Origin: an uncultured Collinsella sp.
GTDB taxonomy: Bacteria; Actinomycetota; Coriobacteriia; Coriobacteriales; Coriobacteriaceae
Reading direction: 5' to 3'
Assembly: GCA_900752275.1 (NCBI GenBank)
Contig: CAADUS010000012.1
Span: 1 to 45,156 of the forward strand
DNA length: 45,156 bases
Shown: piece by piece, positions 8,236 to 17,106 of the stretch
Numbering within the stretch: position 1 is the stretch's first letter
Layout of the letters: each line of letters opens with the position of its first letter
The notes under the pieces: generated by a model
Database searches by the model: none
The model's input: the letters and a program-made list of their open reading frames with translations, nothing else
What the model was told of the DNA's origin: nothing
Program-made: the position numbers and the translations under genes

Positions 8236-8445
8236 ATGCTGATTATCGACAGGATTGAGGGAAGCAAGGCCATAGTTGAGACGCCCGAAGGCCACATCGA
8301 CGTTGCCCTTGGCGATATTGAGGGAAAAGCGCGCGATGGTGCCGTCCTGACGGACAAGGGTTCCGGGAAGTACACCGTTGACGAGGCAAAGACCAAGGAA
8401 AGGTCTGACAGAGCCTCGTTGCGCACGAAATCGTTGTTCGGATAG
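8236..8445 (+). CDS. DUF3006-like small protein
   Basis: MLIIDRIEGSKAIVE N-terminus; this family usually follows ComEC-like MBL genes; RBS present. Confidence 0.75.
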   Translation: MLIIDRIEGSKAIVETPEGHIDVALGDIEGKARDGAVLTDKGSGKYTVDEAKTKERSDRASLRTKSLFG

Positions 8446-8570
8446 TTGCTCGGCCGAGCGCCTCTTTTGTCCCAGGGGGTTACCGTTCGGCGAGAAAAAC
8501 ATGCCGTTCGGCCGTTGTGCTAGAAACGAGGCCGGCGGAGTGCCAAAATCTGAACTCGAAAAAGAAATGA

Positions 8571-8667
8571 GGAAGGTTACCGAGTCCCTCGGACGTGGGC
8601 CTAACCAAAGTCTTTTGGTGTCGCTATGCTAATGGCGTGTACACCAAGTCTTGGTTGGGCTTGATTT
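8571..8667 (+). promoter_or_regulatory. Putative RAT (ribonucleic antiterminator) overlapping a terminator in the PTS operon leader
   Basis: GGAAGGTTACCGAG-tcc-CTCGGACGTGGGCC resembles BglG/GlcT RATs. Its 3' end overlaps a hairpin (GGGCCTAACCAA 8597-8608 with TTGGTTGGGCTT 8651-8662; TTGGTGT with ACACCAA). A BglG-family gene lies in the operon. Confidence 0.6.
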
Positions 8668-8684
8668 ATGAAGGGACAAGTAAT

Positions 8685-9197
8685 ATGGGCTTCTTTTCTC
8701 GTTTGATGGGCGGCGCTCGCGAGCAAGCGGACAAGGCCTCCGAGTTCGAAATCCTCGCCCCCGTTTCCGGCGAACTTGTTCCCCTGGAGAAAACCGCAGA
8801 TCCCGTTTTTAGTGGCCGAGCCATGGGCGACGGCGTTGCCGTGGACCCCGACGGCGAGACCATCCTCGCTCCCGTTTCCGGCGCGGTCGCCGCGCTTTTC
8901 CCAACCGGCCACGCCTTCGCCATCTCGTCCGACAACAGCTCCGCCCAGGTCATGGTGCACATCGGCATCGACACCGTGAAGCTTAACGGCGAGGGCTTCC
9001 AGGCGCTCGTTGCCCAGGGCGACCACGTCGATGCGGGCCAGCCGGTCGTCAAGATCGACCTTTCGGCCATCCGCGCCGCCGGCTTCGACCCCACGGTCTT
9101 CGTAGTCGCGTGCGAGCGTGCCGAGGGCTCCGCGCTGCGCGAGCGCGCCGCCGGCCCCGTCGCCGCCAAAGAACCTGTCAGCTGGCTTTCCGAGTAA
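8685..9197 (+). CDS. PTS glucose-family EIIA component
   Basis: APVSG, DPVFS..MGDGVA, PTGHAF, VHIGIDTV (phospho-His); ATG 8685. Confidence 0.93.
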   Translation: MGFFSRLMGGAREQADKASEFEILAPVSGELVPLEKTADPVFSGRAMGDGVAVDPDGETILAPVSGAVAALFPTGHAFAISSDNSSAQVMVHIGIDTVKLNGEGFQALVAQGDHVDAGQPVVKIDLSAIRAAGFDPTVFVVACERAEGSALRERAAGPVAAKEPVSWLSE

Positions 9198-9206
9198 ACC
9201 CACACG

Positions 9207-10076
9207 GTGAATGCCATGGTAATCAAGCGCGTTTTCAACAATAACGTTGCGATGGTCACTTCCGACGACGGCGCCGAGCTCATCGTGATCGGCAGGGGCC
9301 TGTGCTTTGGCCGCCGCGCCGGCGACCTCGTCGAGGCTTCCTCCGTCGAGAAGACCTACGCCCTGTGCGAGTCCACGGCCAACGACGCCTGCGCCCTCGA
9401 CCGGCTGTCAAGCCTGCTTGAGTCCATTCCCGTGATTAACCTGGCGATTTCCGAGGACATCGTCGAGATGCTGCGCGAAGAGCTTGACGTGAACGTCGAC
9501 GACACGATTCTCATCGCGCTCGCCGACCACATCACCCTCGCCCTTGACCGCGAGCGCAAGGGCGTCCCCTGCGACAACCCGCTGCTCCTCGAGATCCAGC
9601 AGTTCTACCGCAAGGGGTACGGGCTCGCCGGCCGTGCGCTCCAGATCATCAAGGATTACCTGGGCATTCAGATGAGCGACGAGGAGCGGGGCTTCATCAC
9701 CCTGCACATCGTGAACGCCACCATGCCGCAGCGCGCCGACCGTCTCATCGTCTCGGTCCAGCTCGTGCGTGACGTCCTCGCCATCGTCTCCGACCGCTAT
9801 GCAACGACCCTCGACGACACGTCGCTGCCCTACGAGCGCTTCGTCCGCCACCTGCAGTTCTTTGCGCAGCGTGCGCTCGACCCCAAGGCCGGCCAGGCGC
9901 AGGACGACGTGCTCTTCTTGATAGAGCGAAACAACTATCCGAAGGCTTTCTCGTGCTCGGAGGCTATAGCCGATCACTTGCTCGCCTCCTATGGCGTGAG
10001 CGTGACCGATGCCGAGAAGAGCTATCTCGCATATCACATTGTTAACTTGCTTGGGGAACCCGGGCCCCGGGCATAG
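9207..10076 (+). CDS. BglG/LicT-family transcriptional antiterminator (CAT RNA-binding domain + 2 PRD)
   Basis: IKRVFNNNV..., GRGLCF; PRD histidines LADHI, TLHIVNA, VRHLQF, AYHI. Start is 9207 or 9216. Confidence 0.92.
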   Translation: MNAMVIKRVFNNNVAMVTSDDGAELIVIGRGLCFGRRAGDLVEASSVEKTYALCESTANDACALDRLSSLLESIPVINLAISEDIVEMLREELDVNVDDTILIALADHITLALDRERKGVPCDNPLLLEIQQFYRKGYGLAGRALQIIKDYLGIQMSDEERGFITLHIVNATMPQRADRLIVSVQLVRDVLAIVSDRYATTLDDTSLPYERFVRHLQFFAQRALDPKAGQAQDDVLFLIERNNYPKAFSCSEAIADHLLASYGVSVTDAEKSYLAYHIVNLLGEPGPRA

Positions 10077-10185
10077 CGTGCCCGCTCATAGGTTTCAAAG
10101 GTGGGGCCGCAGGCCTTGCCGTGGGCACTTCTAGCTTTTACACAGGCTCTACCAAAGGAAAGAAAGAAGGAAGGGAGTAAACGCC

Positions 10186-11805
10186 ATGACCACAGAAAAG
10201 AAAAAGCCCAACTTCAAAGGCGCCTTGGAGGTGTTCGCGAAGTCGATCGTCCAGCCGATGATGTACCTGTCGGTTGCCGGCATCCTGCTCATCGTGGGCA
10301 TCATCCTTACCAACAAGACCATCTGCGCGATGATCCCCGTGCTCGGTTCCGGCCCGTTCCAGCTCGTGGGCGCCGTCGTCTACCAGTCCCTGATGTTCAT
10401 CATCAACAACCTCTCGATCATCTTCTGCGTGGGTATCGCCGGCGCAATGGCAAAGAAGAACAAGGGCCACGCCTCCCTCATCGCCCTGATGTCCTTCTTC
10501 CTGTTCCTCGAGGCCAACAACATCGTGCTCAGCGCCACCGGCTCCCTCGCCGAGGCGGGCGGCATGCTCGGCCTCGTCGGCACCGGCCAGACCACCGTCA
10601 TGGGCATCCAGGTGCTCGACACCGGTGTTTTCGGCGGCATCATCCTCGGCTGCATCACCGGCGCCATCTTCAACAAGTTCTCCAACAAGCAGTTCCCCAT
10701 CGCGCTTTCGATGTTCTCGGGCGTCCGCTTCCCGTTTTTGATCATGATCCTCATCTCCTGGGTCATGGGCGCGGGCTTCTGCATCGTCTGGCCTCCCGTC
10801 CAGGGCGCCATCTCCTCCCTTGCCGGCGTCATCAAGGAGTCGGGCAACATCGGCCTGTTCATCTACGGCATGCTCAACAAGCTGCTCGTTCCCACCGGCC
10901 TGCACCACCTCGTCTACACCCCGTTCCAGTTCTCTGACGTGGGCGGCACCCTTGCCATGGGCGACCAGATCATCGCCGGCGCCTACCCCATCCGTGTTGC
11001 CGAGATGGCCATGACCGGCCAGCCCTTCTCCGACAGCACCTACTTCAACAGCTACACCTTCAACAACCTCTGGCCTTACATCGGCATCGGCCTCGCCTTC
11101 ATCACCACCGCGTACAAGGAGAACAAGGAGAAGACCAAGGCGGTCATCATCCCGCTGATCATCACCGCCGTGCTCTCCTGCGTCACCGAGCCCATGGACT
11201 TCCTCTTTGTCTTCTCGGCTCCCGTGCTCTTCGTGATTCACTCCGTCCTCTCCGGCGTCTTTGTGGTTCTGCTCAAGGTCCTCTCTGTGCCCGCCTCGAC
11301 CGCCGGCGGCATCATCAACATCGTCGTCTCCAACCTGGTCCTCGGCGTGGAGAAGACCAACTGGCCGGTGATGCTCGTCCTCGGAGTCATCGACGCCGCC
11401 CTGTACTTCTTCCTCTTTACCGTGCTTATCAAGAAGCTCAACCTCCACACCCCTGGTCGTGAGGAGGCCTCCGAGCTCGCCGAGTCCGTGGCTGAGGGCG
11501 AGGCTGCGGCTTCCGTCGCCGTCAAGCAGGGCGCCGTCTCCGCCGCGCCCGCGGAAGGCGTGGACGCAGGCATCGCCGACCTGGTCGCCGGCCTCGGCGG
11601 CAAGGACAACATCGAGGAGCTCGAGAACTGCTTCACGCGCCTTCGCGTGAACGTTAAGGACCCGAGCCTCGTTGACGAGACCCTGATCAACCACGTGCCC
11701 AATAGCGGAATCAACCGCAGCGGCAATGACATTCAGATCATCTTCGGCATGAAGGTCGCCGAGATGCGCGACAAGGTCGAAAACGCAATCGAGAAGGAGC
11801 AGTAG
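10186..11805 (+). CDS. PTS EIICB component (glucose/alpha-glucoside family)
   Basis: Multi-TM EIIC with DTGVFGGI, LVPTGLHH, VTEPMDF; C-terminal EIIB NCFTRLR. Confidence 0.93.
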   Translation: MTTEKKKPNFKGALEVFAKSIVQPMMYLSVAGILLIVGIILTNKTICAMIPVLGSGPFQLVGAVVYQSLMFIINNLSIIFCVGIAGAMAKKNKGHASLIALMSFFLFLEANNIVLSATGSLAEAGGMLGLVGTGQTTVMGIQVLDTGVFGGIILGCITGAIFNKFSNKQFPIALSMFSGVRFPFLIMILISWVMGAGFCIVWPPVQGAISSLAGVIKESGNIGLFIYGMLNKLLVPTGLHHLVYTPFQFSDVGGTLAMGDQIIAGAYPIRVAEMAMTGQPFSDSTYFNSYTFNNLWPYIGIGLAFITTAYKENKEKTKAVIIPLIITAVLSCVTEPMDFLFVFSAPVLFVIHSVLSGVFVVLLKVLSVPASTAGGIINIVVSNLVLGVEKTNWPVMLVLGVIDAALYFFLFTVLIKKLNLHTPGREEASELAESVAEGEAAASVAVKQGAVSAAPAEGVDAGIADLVAGLGGKDNIEELENCFTRLRVNVKDPSLVDETLINHVPNSGINRSGNDIQIIFGMKVAEMRDKVENAIEKEQ

Positions 11806-11808
11806 GAA

Positions 11809-13191
11809 ATGATCATCACTCTGTGCGGCGGCGGGTCCACCTTTACCCCCGGCATCGTCAAGTCCATCGCTCTTCGCAAGGACGAGCTCGAGGTTGACGA
11901 GATTCGCCTTTACGACATCAACGAAGAGCGCCAGCGCAAGATCGGCGTGCTGGTCGACTGGATCTTGCACGAGGACCTCGGCCTGGACATCAAGCTCACG
12001 GTGACCACCGACAAGGCGACCGCCTTCACCGACGCGAGCTTCGTGTTCGCCCAGATGCGTGTGGGCGGCTACGCGATGCGCGAGCAGGACGAGAAGATTC
12101 CGCTGCGCCACGGCTGCGTCGGCCAGGAGACCTGCGGCTGCGGCGGCCTCGCCTACGGCATGCGCACCATCTTCCCCATGGTCGAGCTCATCGACGACGT
12201 CGAGAAGTACGCAAAGAAGGACTACTGGATTCTCAACTACTCCAACCCCGCGGCCATCGTGTCCGAGGGCTGCCGCGTGCTGCGCCCGAATGCTCGCATC
12301 ATCAACATCTGCGACATGCCCATCGCCATCATCGACGTGGTCTGCGCCGCGCTCGACATCGAAAAGAAGGACGTCGAGTACGACTACTTCGGCCTCAACC
12401 ACTTCGGCTGGTTCACCTCGATTCGCCACAAGGGCGAGGAGGTCCTGCCGCAGCTGCGCGAGTACATCAAGGAGCACCAGATCCTGCTGCCCGACTCCTA
12501 CCTCAAGGGCATGGGCTCGCTCTTGGCAAAGAAGCCCGAGGAGACCGCCGACGAGCACCCCGAGCAGAACCGCCACACCAAGGGCAGCTGGTACTACGTC
12601 TGGAAGGGCGAGTACGAGATCATGGAGTGCTTCCCGGAGTACCTGCCCAACACCTACCTGAACTACTACCTGCAGCAGAAGGAGTTCGTCGAGCACTCCA
12701 ACCCCGAGCGCACCCGCGCGAACGAGGTCGAGGAGACGCGCGAGAAGAACCTCTTCGACGGCATCGACCACTACGAGAAGACCGGTGAGATCGACGAGAG
12801 CACGTTCTACGCGGGCAGCCACGGTGACTGGATCGCTGACCTGGCAATTGCCCTGAAGAACGACACCAAGCAGCGCTTCCTGGTTATCTGCCAGAACAAG
12901 GGCGCCATCCCCAACATGCCCTACGACGCCATGGTCGAGCTGCCCGCCTACATCGGCAAGAACGGCCCCGAGGTCATCAGCCGCGACAACATCCCGCTGT
13001 TCCAGCAGGGTCTCATGATGCAGCAGCTGAACTCCGAGAAGCTCGTGGTCGAGGCCACCATCGAGGGGTCTTACGAGAAGGCGCTCAAGGCCTTCACGCT
13101 GAACAAGACCGTGCCGTCGATGAAGGTCGCCAAGGAGGTCCTCGATGACATGATCGAGGCCAACAAGGGCTTCTGGCCTGAGCTCAACTAA
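11809..13191 (+). CDS. GH4 6-phospho-alpha-glucosidase (GlvA/MalH-like)
   Basis: GGGSTFTPGIV, DEKIPL, GQETCGCGG, NYSNP, ICDMP, FGLNHFGW. Confidence 0.92.
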   Translation: MIITLCGGGSTFTPGIVKSIALRKDELEVDEIRLYDINEERQRKIGVLVDWILHEDLGLDIKLTVTTDKATAFTDASFVFAQMRVGGYAMREQDEKIPLRHGCVGQETCGCGGLAYGMRTIFPMVELIDDVEKYAKKDYWILNYSNPAAIVSEGCRVLRPNARIINICDMPIAIIDVVCAALDIEKKDVEYDYFGLNHFGWFTSIRHKGEEVLPQLREYIKEHQILLPDSYLKGMGSLLAKKPEETADEHPEQNRHTKGSWYYVWKGEYEIMECFPEYLPNTYLNYYLQQKEFVEHSNPERTRANEVEETREKNLFDGIDHYEKTGEIDESTFYAGSHGDWIADLAIALKNDTKQRFLVICQNKGAIPNMPYDAMVELPAYIGKNGPEVISRDNIPLFQQGLMMQQLNSEKLVVEATIEGSYEKALKAFTLNKTVPSMKVAKEVLDDMIEANKGFWPELN

Positions 13192-13241
13192 GGGCGAACC
13201 TGGGCCCCGTCTGCGCGGCAAGAAGTGCGCGGGCGGGGCCT

Positions 13242-13339
13242 CTGGGACAAAAGGGACGGGGGATTCAGTCCCAAATTGTGGATGCGGGGTAGGGCGTCTC
13301 CACAACTTGGGACAGAATCCCCCGTCCCTTTTGTCCCAG
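13242..13339. repeat. 98-bp REP-like palindrome between convergent genes
   Basis: Perfect 25 bp arms CTGGGACAAAAGGGACGGGGGATTC (13242-13266 / 13315-13339), extended by GTCCCAA/TTGGGAC and TTGTGGA/TCCACAA. Confidence 0.85.
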
Positions 13340-13341
13340 GG

Positions 13342-14307
13342 CTACCAGTCGAGGTCGTGCTTCTCGGCGTAGGCGCGGGCGTCGGCCTCGAACCAGTCGA
13401 GCGCCTGGCACCAGGCGATGAAGTCGGGCGTATCGGCGATGATGACCTCGGCCTCGTGGACCGCGGCGAGCGCCTCGTCGAAGCTGCCAGGTGCGAGCTC
13501 GGGCCGATCGGGAAGAAACACCTCAACGTACATCGGCTTTAGCAGCGCGTACGCCGCACCCTTGGTGAGCTGCCCGTATCCGCGCAGCGCGCGCCGCGCG
13601 GCGGGCATGCGGCCGAGCTTGTACAGCAGAAGGCAGCGCGCAAGGTTGCTCCAGGCATTGCCCTGGGACCAGCGGGCCTCGAGCGCGTTCAGGCCCTCCT
13701 CGTCCTCGAGCCGCGCGTACGCGAGCGCCGCGGTGTTGCGCGCGCCGAGCGGGTCGCTGTCCTTCTCGGTCGCGCGAAGGACGGACTCGGCGGCGTCGCG
13801 CGCCATTTTCCAACAGGCCGCGTCGCCGCAGGTCCGCGCGACGGCGGCGCGTAGCCGCAGACGCGGGCGGCTCCACACGTCGCCCCACTCGAGCTGGTCG
13901 ACCGGTCGGTCGCCGTCTTTGAACTTCTCCTCAAGGTCGAGAAGCGCGTCGAGCAGCTTGTCGGGCCTCTCGATGGTCGCCAAGGCGCGCAGCAGGTGCG
14001 CGTCCAAGCAGCCGGCGTCCAGCTCGATGGCCGCATCGCAGGCCTTCGCAAGCACCTCGAACCGCTTGGCGCGCGCAGCCATGTACTGGTCGTCGTCGAG
14101 GAGGTCGTCGTCGCGCGCTGACTCGTTGAACTTCCGCAGGGTCTTGCCGAGAATGACGTAGGCCTTCTCGGCCGGGTCGTCGACGTAGGCCTCGGGGTCC
14201 TGCTTCACGGCAAGAAGAAGCTCCTGGTAGGCGGCATCGGACATCTGCCCGAGTTTTTGCCTGCGGCGGCTCGCGCAGCGAAGGATCAGCTCTTCGCGAA
14301 AATTCAA
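13342..14307 (-). CDS. Hypothetical helical-repeat (TPR-like) protein, paralogue of the neighbouring gene
   Basis: TTG start at 14307 overlaps the upstream stop (TTGA), with GGAGG RBS; shares motifs with 14304-15374. Confidence 0.75.
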   Translation of the reverse strand: MNFREELILRCASRRRQKLGQMSDAAYQELLLAVKQDPEAYVDDPAEKAYVILGKTLRKFNESARDDDLLDDDQYMAARAKRFEVLAKACDAAIELDAGCLDAHLLRALATIERPDKLLDALLDLEEKFKDGDRPVDQLEWGDVWSRPRLRLRAAVARTCGDAACWKMARDAAESVLRATEKDSDPLGARNTAALAYARLEDEEGLNALEARWSQGNAWSNLARCLLLYKLGRMPAARRALRGYGQLTKGAAYALLKPMYVEVFLPDRPELAPGSFDEALAAVHEAEVIIADTPDFIAWCQALDWFEADARAYAEKHDLDW

Positions 14308-15374
14308 TTCTGCTCGCCTCCCTGTGTGCCGAGCTGGGCCTTGACCTGCTCGTCTAACCTGCGCGCCTCGGCGAAGGCGGAGGGCCGCAGGCGCGCCGTG
14401 TTCTCGACGAGCCAAGTGCCCAGGATGCCGCGTCCCGTCGGGTCGTTGCCCTCCTGGAGCAGCACGACGGACTCAGAAAGCGCGATGACGAGCTCGTCTT
14501 CGCTGTTCGGCTGGGTGCTCAGGCGCGCGAACTCGCCGTCGGGGAGCTCGTTTTGGCGGATGAGCGCCACGGCGCCGGTGGGGTAGGCGCGCAACAGGCG
14601 GCTGAGCACCTCGCGCGCGACCACGTGCTTGTGTTGCTTGAAGGCCAACGAGATCCGCGCGAGGAGCATCCAGGCGTCGTTGGCGCCGCGCCCCGCGTAG
14701 ATGGAGGGGTACGCGTGCTCGAGCTCGTCGAGCGCCGGCTCGTCCTCGAGCTTCGCCAACCCGAGCGCGAGCGTGAACCGCGCGTCGGAGATGTCGGTCG
14801 GGTCGATCTGGATGAGCTTGCGGGCGAGGTCCACGCACTGCCGGTTGCGCCCGCAGATGAGCGCGAGCTCAGCCATCGACGCGACCCAGCGCAGGTACGG
14901 GCGCATGGCGAGGTCCGCCGCGAGGGCGGCGCGGTCGGGCTCGTCGTCGGCCGCCAGGGCAGCGTCGCGTGCGGACTCGCAGGCTTGGCGGACGCGCGGC
15001 TCCTCCTGCGCGAGGAAGTCGTAGCGCGCGCTTATGCTGGGCAGCTCGTTGGAGGAGCGCATGCGGACTGCGTCGAAGCAGTCGGGGTCGAGCGCGAGGG
15101 CCTCGTCGAGCAGGCGCCTTCTCTGCGCTACGAGCTCCTTCGCGTGTTCGGCGTCGGCGAAGGGGAGCTGGTAGTCGATGGCGTCCGCCGCGAGCGAGAC
15201 GAGGTGGAAGGCGCGGTCGGCGTCGGTCTGCGGCAAAGAATCGCGGTCGGTCGCGAAGCGCTGGCCAAACCCGGCGAACGTCTTCATGGCGCGCAGCGGC
15301 TCTTCTTTGTCCAACTCACGAATAAACCGCAGGCCAAGGCGCTGATAATCCTCTTTGCGCGCGTCGTGCGCCAT
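14304..15374 (-). CDS. Hypothetical helical-repeat (TPR-like) protein
   Basis: 356 aa, Ala/Leu-rich helices; ALALDPDCFDA, MRPYLR, LAKLEDE motifs. Confidence 0.8.
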   Translation of the reverse strand: MAHDARKEDYQRLGLRFIRELDKEEPLRAMKTFAGFGQRFATDRDSLPQTDADRAFHLVSLAADAIDYQLPFADAEHAKELVAQRRRLLDEALALDPDCFDAVRMRSSNELPSISARYDFLAQEEPRVRQACESARDAALAADDEPDRAALAADLAMRPYLRWVASMAELALICGRNRQCVDLARKLIQIDPTDISDARFTLALGLAKLEDEPALDELEHAYPSIYAGRGANDAWMLLARISLAFKQHKHVVAREVLSRLLRAYPTGAVALIRQNELPDGEFARLSTQPNSEDELVIALSESVVLLQEGNDPTGRGILGTWLVENTARLRPSAFAEARRLDEQVKAQLGTQGGEQN

Positions 15375-15678
15375 GCTCGCCCCCTTGAGTCCGGACCTTC
15401 TCGCCGGCCGATCAGGCAGCGAGCCTGTAACTAATCTATATTACCCAACAAGGTGTCCGCTCATACTGTTCTGGCGCATAAAACCGTCTGCCAGTCTGTG
15501 AACGGTAGCTGGCTCCCCGTCGGCCCCACGGTGCTAACCTAAAGGCGTTTGGGGCATGGCATTGTTTGAACAAACCCCAGATGAGGTCCTTTTTTTCTTA
15601 GCCAAAGAGCGTCGCCGCGTGCGCGCGACGGCCTCGAATCCGGCACGGGGGTGCCGGCACAGGAATTGGAGGAGAGTC

Positions 15679-16902
15679 ATGGGACGTTTTACCAACCCGC
15701 GCGACCTGTATTTTGGTGAGGGTGCCCGCCATGAGGTGAAGAACCTCAAGGGCAAGAAGGCCATCATCGTCTCCGGCGGCCACTCTATGCGCCGCGGCGG
15801 CTTCCTGCAGGACGTCGAGGCCGACCTCAAGGCCGCTGGCATGGAGGTCAAGCTCTTCGAGGGCGTCGAGTCCGATCCTTCCATCGAGACCGTCATGAAG
15901 GGCGCGGCCGCCATGCGCGAGTTCGAGCCCGACTGGATCGTCGCCATCGGCGGCGGCTCCCCGATCGACGCCGCGAAGGCCATGTGGGTCTTCTACGAGT
16001 ACCCCGACGAGTCGTTCGACAACATCATCCAGCCGTTCAGCTTCCCTGAGCTGCGCCAGAAGGCCAAGTTCTGCGCCATCTCGTCGACTTCCGGCACCGC
16101 GACCGAGGTCACTGCGTTCTCCGTCATCACCGACTACGCCAAGGGCATCAAGTACCCGCTGGCCGACTTTAACATCACCCCTGATGTCGCCATCGTCGAC
16201 CCCGAGCTGACCTACAGCATGCCCGCCAAGCTCTGCGCCCACACCGGCATGGACGCCCTGACCCACTGCCTCGAGGCTTACGTTTCGACCTGCGCCTCCA
16301 TGTTCACCGACGCCAACGCCCTCCACGGCATCCGCGAGATCGTCGAGTGGCTGCCCAAGTCCTACACTGGCGACCATGAGGCTCGCCAGCACATGCACGA
16401 GGCCCAGTGCATCGCCGGCATCGCCTTCTCGTCCGGCCTGCTCGGCATCGTTCACTCCATGGCGCACAAGACCGGCGCCGCCTTCGAGAACGGCCACATC
16501 ATCCACGGTGCCGCCAACGCCATGTACCTCGGCAAGGCCATCCAGTGGAACTCCAAGGACCCGCGCGCTGCCGAGCGCTACGCCTACGTCGCCAAGGAGA
16601 TTCTGCACCTTCCGGGCAACACCAACGAGGAGCTCATCGCCGCGCTCGTCAAGAAGATCCGCGACATGAACGACCAGCTCAACATCCCGCAGTCCATCAA
16701 GGATTACGCCAACGGCGGCGTCAAGGTCGACGCCGACAACCCGCAGATGGTCTCCGAGGAGGAGTTCCTGGCCAAGCTTCCCGAGATCGCGGCGAACGCC
16801 GAGCAGGACGCCTGCACGCCGGAGAACCCGCGCGAGACCAAGGCTGCCGACTTCGAGAAGATCCTCAAGGCCTGCTACTACGACACGGACATCGACTTCT
16901 AA
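15679..16902 (+). CDS. Iron-containing alcohol dehydrogenase (butanol-dehydrogenase-like)
   Basis: AIGGGSPIDAAK, SGTATEVT, GMDALTH, LGIVHSMAH, HG.ANA; ATG 15679 after GGAGGAG. Confidence 0.93.
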   Translation: MGRFTNPRDLYFGEGARHEVKNLKGKKAIIVSGGHSMRRGGFLQDVEADLKAAGMEVKLFEGVESDPSIETVMKGAAAMREFEPDWIVAIGGGSPIDAAKAMWVFYEYPDESFDNIIQPFSFPELRQKAKFCAISSTSGTATEVTAFSVITDYAKGIKYPLADFNITPDVAIVDPELTYSMPAKLCAHTGMDALTHCLEAYVSTCASMFTDANALHGIREIVEWLPKSYTGDHEARQHMHEAQCIAGIAFSSGLLGIVHSMAHKTGAAFENGHIIHGAANAMYLGKAIQWNSKDPRAAERYAYVAKEILHLPGNTNEELIAALVKKIRDMNDQLNIPQSIKDYANGGVKVDADNPQMVSEEEFLAKLPEIAANAEQDACTPENPRETKAADFEKILKACYYDTDIDF

Positions 16903-16927
16903 GCCTCGCTTAGTAGCATAAAGTCTG

Positions 16928-16965
16928 GAAACCCCGCCGAGCTTCGCGCTCGACGGGGTTTCTTT
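16928..16965 (+). terminator. Intrinsic terminator
   Basis: GAAACCCCG.CGAGC-ttcgc-GCTCG.CGGGGTTTC followed by TTT. Confidence 0.75.
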
Positions 16966-17031
16966 GCGTCGGTGTTGTCGTTCTTCTTCCTAGATTCGGA
17001 ATCAGGCCATTCATATTAATAACGGGAGCAA

Positions 17032-17084
17032 AAAGGGGCTCTAATTTATAAAGAATCGCGATTCTTATAAATTAGAGCCCCTTT
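17032..17084. repeat. AT-rich near-perfect 53-nt palindrome
   Basis: AAAGGGGCTCTAATTTAT-a-AAGAATCG|CGATTCTT-ATAAATTAGAGCCCCTTT; no loop and only one unpaired base. Confidence 0.85.
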
Positions 17085-17106
17085 ACAGGCGTCAATTTTA
17101 CAGGGT

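Noticed and set aside
10138..13305. 1055-aa minus-strand ORF
   Set aside because: Antisense shadow of the EIICB and GH4 genes, caused by high-GC codon bias.
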